Positions 63,495 to 64,000 of a stretch of DNA of 64,000 nucleotides are shown one piece after another. The stretch lies in NCBI GenBank assembly GCA_001730085.1, contig MDLB01000104.1, positions 3,117 to 67,116 of the forward strand. Direction: 5' to 3'. This DNA is from PVC group bacterium (ex Bugula neritina AB1). GTDB lineage: Bacteria > GCA-001730085. Numbering within the stretch: the first letter of the stretch is position 1; every line of letters begins with the position of its first letter. Both the position numbers and the translations under genes were made by a program. The notes below the pieces were generated by a model. That model saw nothing but the letters and a program-made list of their open reading frames with translations, was not told where the DNA came from and did no database searches.

Positions 63495-63824
63495 TAAAAA
63501 AATCTCCCACTATCTGACTATCATAAACATACTTATAAAATTTTTGATGCTAAACATCGTAAAGGAAGCTGTGAAAGGCAAAAGGTATAAATACACCCAA
63601 ACCATACAGCAAAAAAGTATTGTACAAAATTTATATAAAAATAACAAGTTTTTTTTGATCGACCCTGAAAGTAAAGGCATCTAATCATTACGAAATATTT
63701 CATTAAATTGTGAGAAATATCACAAAAAGTCTTGAATTATTAAGTCCGTACAAAAGGTTCTTTTAAAAATAACATCTCTAAAAGCATGTCGATTATAAAG
63801 TCCATCTCTACTTTACGTTGCTCT

Positions 63825-64000
63825 TTCTAAAATCTTCGAGGGCATTTCGTGCGATTCGTAGGTTTGTTTCTCCTGATAAGGTATGGCACGAAAAAGCCTC
63901 TCTCTACGATATCTTTAAAATTCAAATCTATTTGACCCCAAAGAAATCCTGATCCACCTTTTTTAGAGACCTCTTTTAACAACATCTGGTCATTCTTATC
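63825..64000 (-). CDS. 3' end of an unidentified CDS. Its 5' part is outside the window.
   Basis: The reverse-complement frame is open for 58 codons from the window edge to TAG at 63827-63825 (...LWGQIDLNFKDIVERGFFVPYLIRRNKPTNRTKCPRRF*). I see no recognisable motif. The call rests only on the long open frame in AT-rich DNA. Confidence 0.3.

Overview
This is 64 kb of AT-rich (roughly one-third GC by eye) bacterial chromosome. Every feature I can support is on the minus strand, from a partial rpoD at the left edge to rpsP at the right edge.

About 45% of the window (3596..32596) is one uninterrupted 29 kb reading frame encoding a 9666 aa protein. It has an N-terminal signal peptide and a region of roughly 6000 aa that contains YD (RHS/teneurin-type) repeats throughout, with EF-hand/dockerin-like calcium-binding loops. 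A central cluster of hydrophobic helices follows at about 13.5-14.7 kb. The C-terminal part is about 3400 aa and contains an SF2/ResIII-like ATPase signature: LPIQ-E...IPTGGGKTTA...VVDEVH. I know of no characterised family with this combination, and I consider it the most interesting object here. It lies immediately upstream of cvpA-dnaG-rpoD with gaps of 74 bp or less.

The rest of the window is recognisable core and accessory content, in gene order:
- Downstream of the giant gene: a CvpA-like membrane protein, dnaG, and the 5' part of rpoD.
- Upstream of the giant gene: trkH and trkA, then a complete aerotolerance-type operon (batE, batD, batC, batB, batA, a hypothetical membrane protein, DUF58, moxR).
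- A secreted beta-propeller-like protein, then an ArsC/Spx-like protein paired with a thioredoxin-fold protein.
- A contiguous Na+-NQR operon, nqrFEDCBA.
- A 1.35 kb non-coding spacer carrying a compact, GC-richer three-stem RNA-like element, a C9 homopolymer and an 8-bp tandem repeat.
- A GNAT acetyltransferase, tRNA-Ala(GGC) and recA.
- A secreted coiled-coil protein that sits where ftsA/ftsZ would be expected, after ftsQ, ddl and murB.
- rnhB, rplS, trmD and rpsP. There is no rimM, and trmD starts at a GTG that overlaps the rpsP stop (GTGA).

I found no CRISPR array, rRNA or obvious mobile element. The phylum cannot be fixed from the sequence alone. The gene order rpsP-trmD-rplS-rnhB without rimM, a full nqrA-F set and murB-ddl-ftsQ with no adjacent ftsA/ftsZ are compatible with a PVC/Chlamydiae-like or Bacteroidetes-like lineage.
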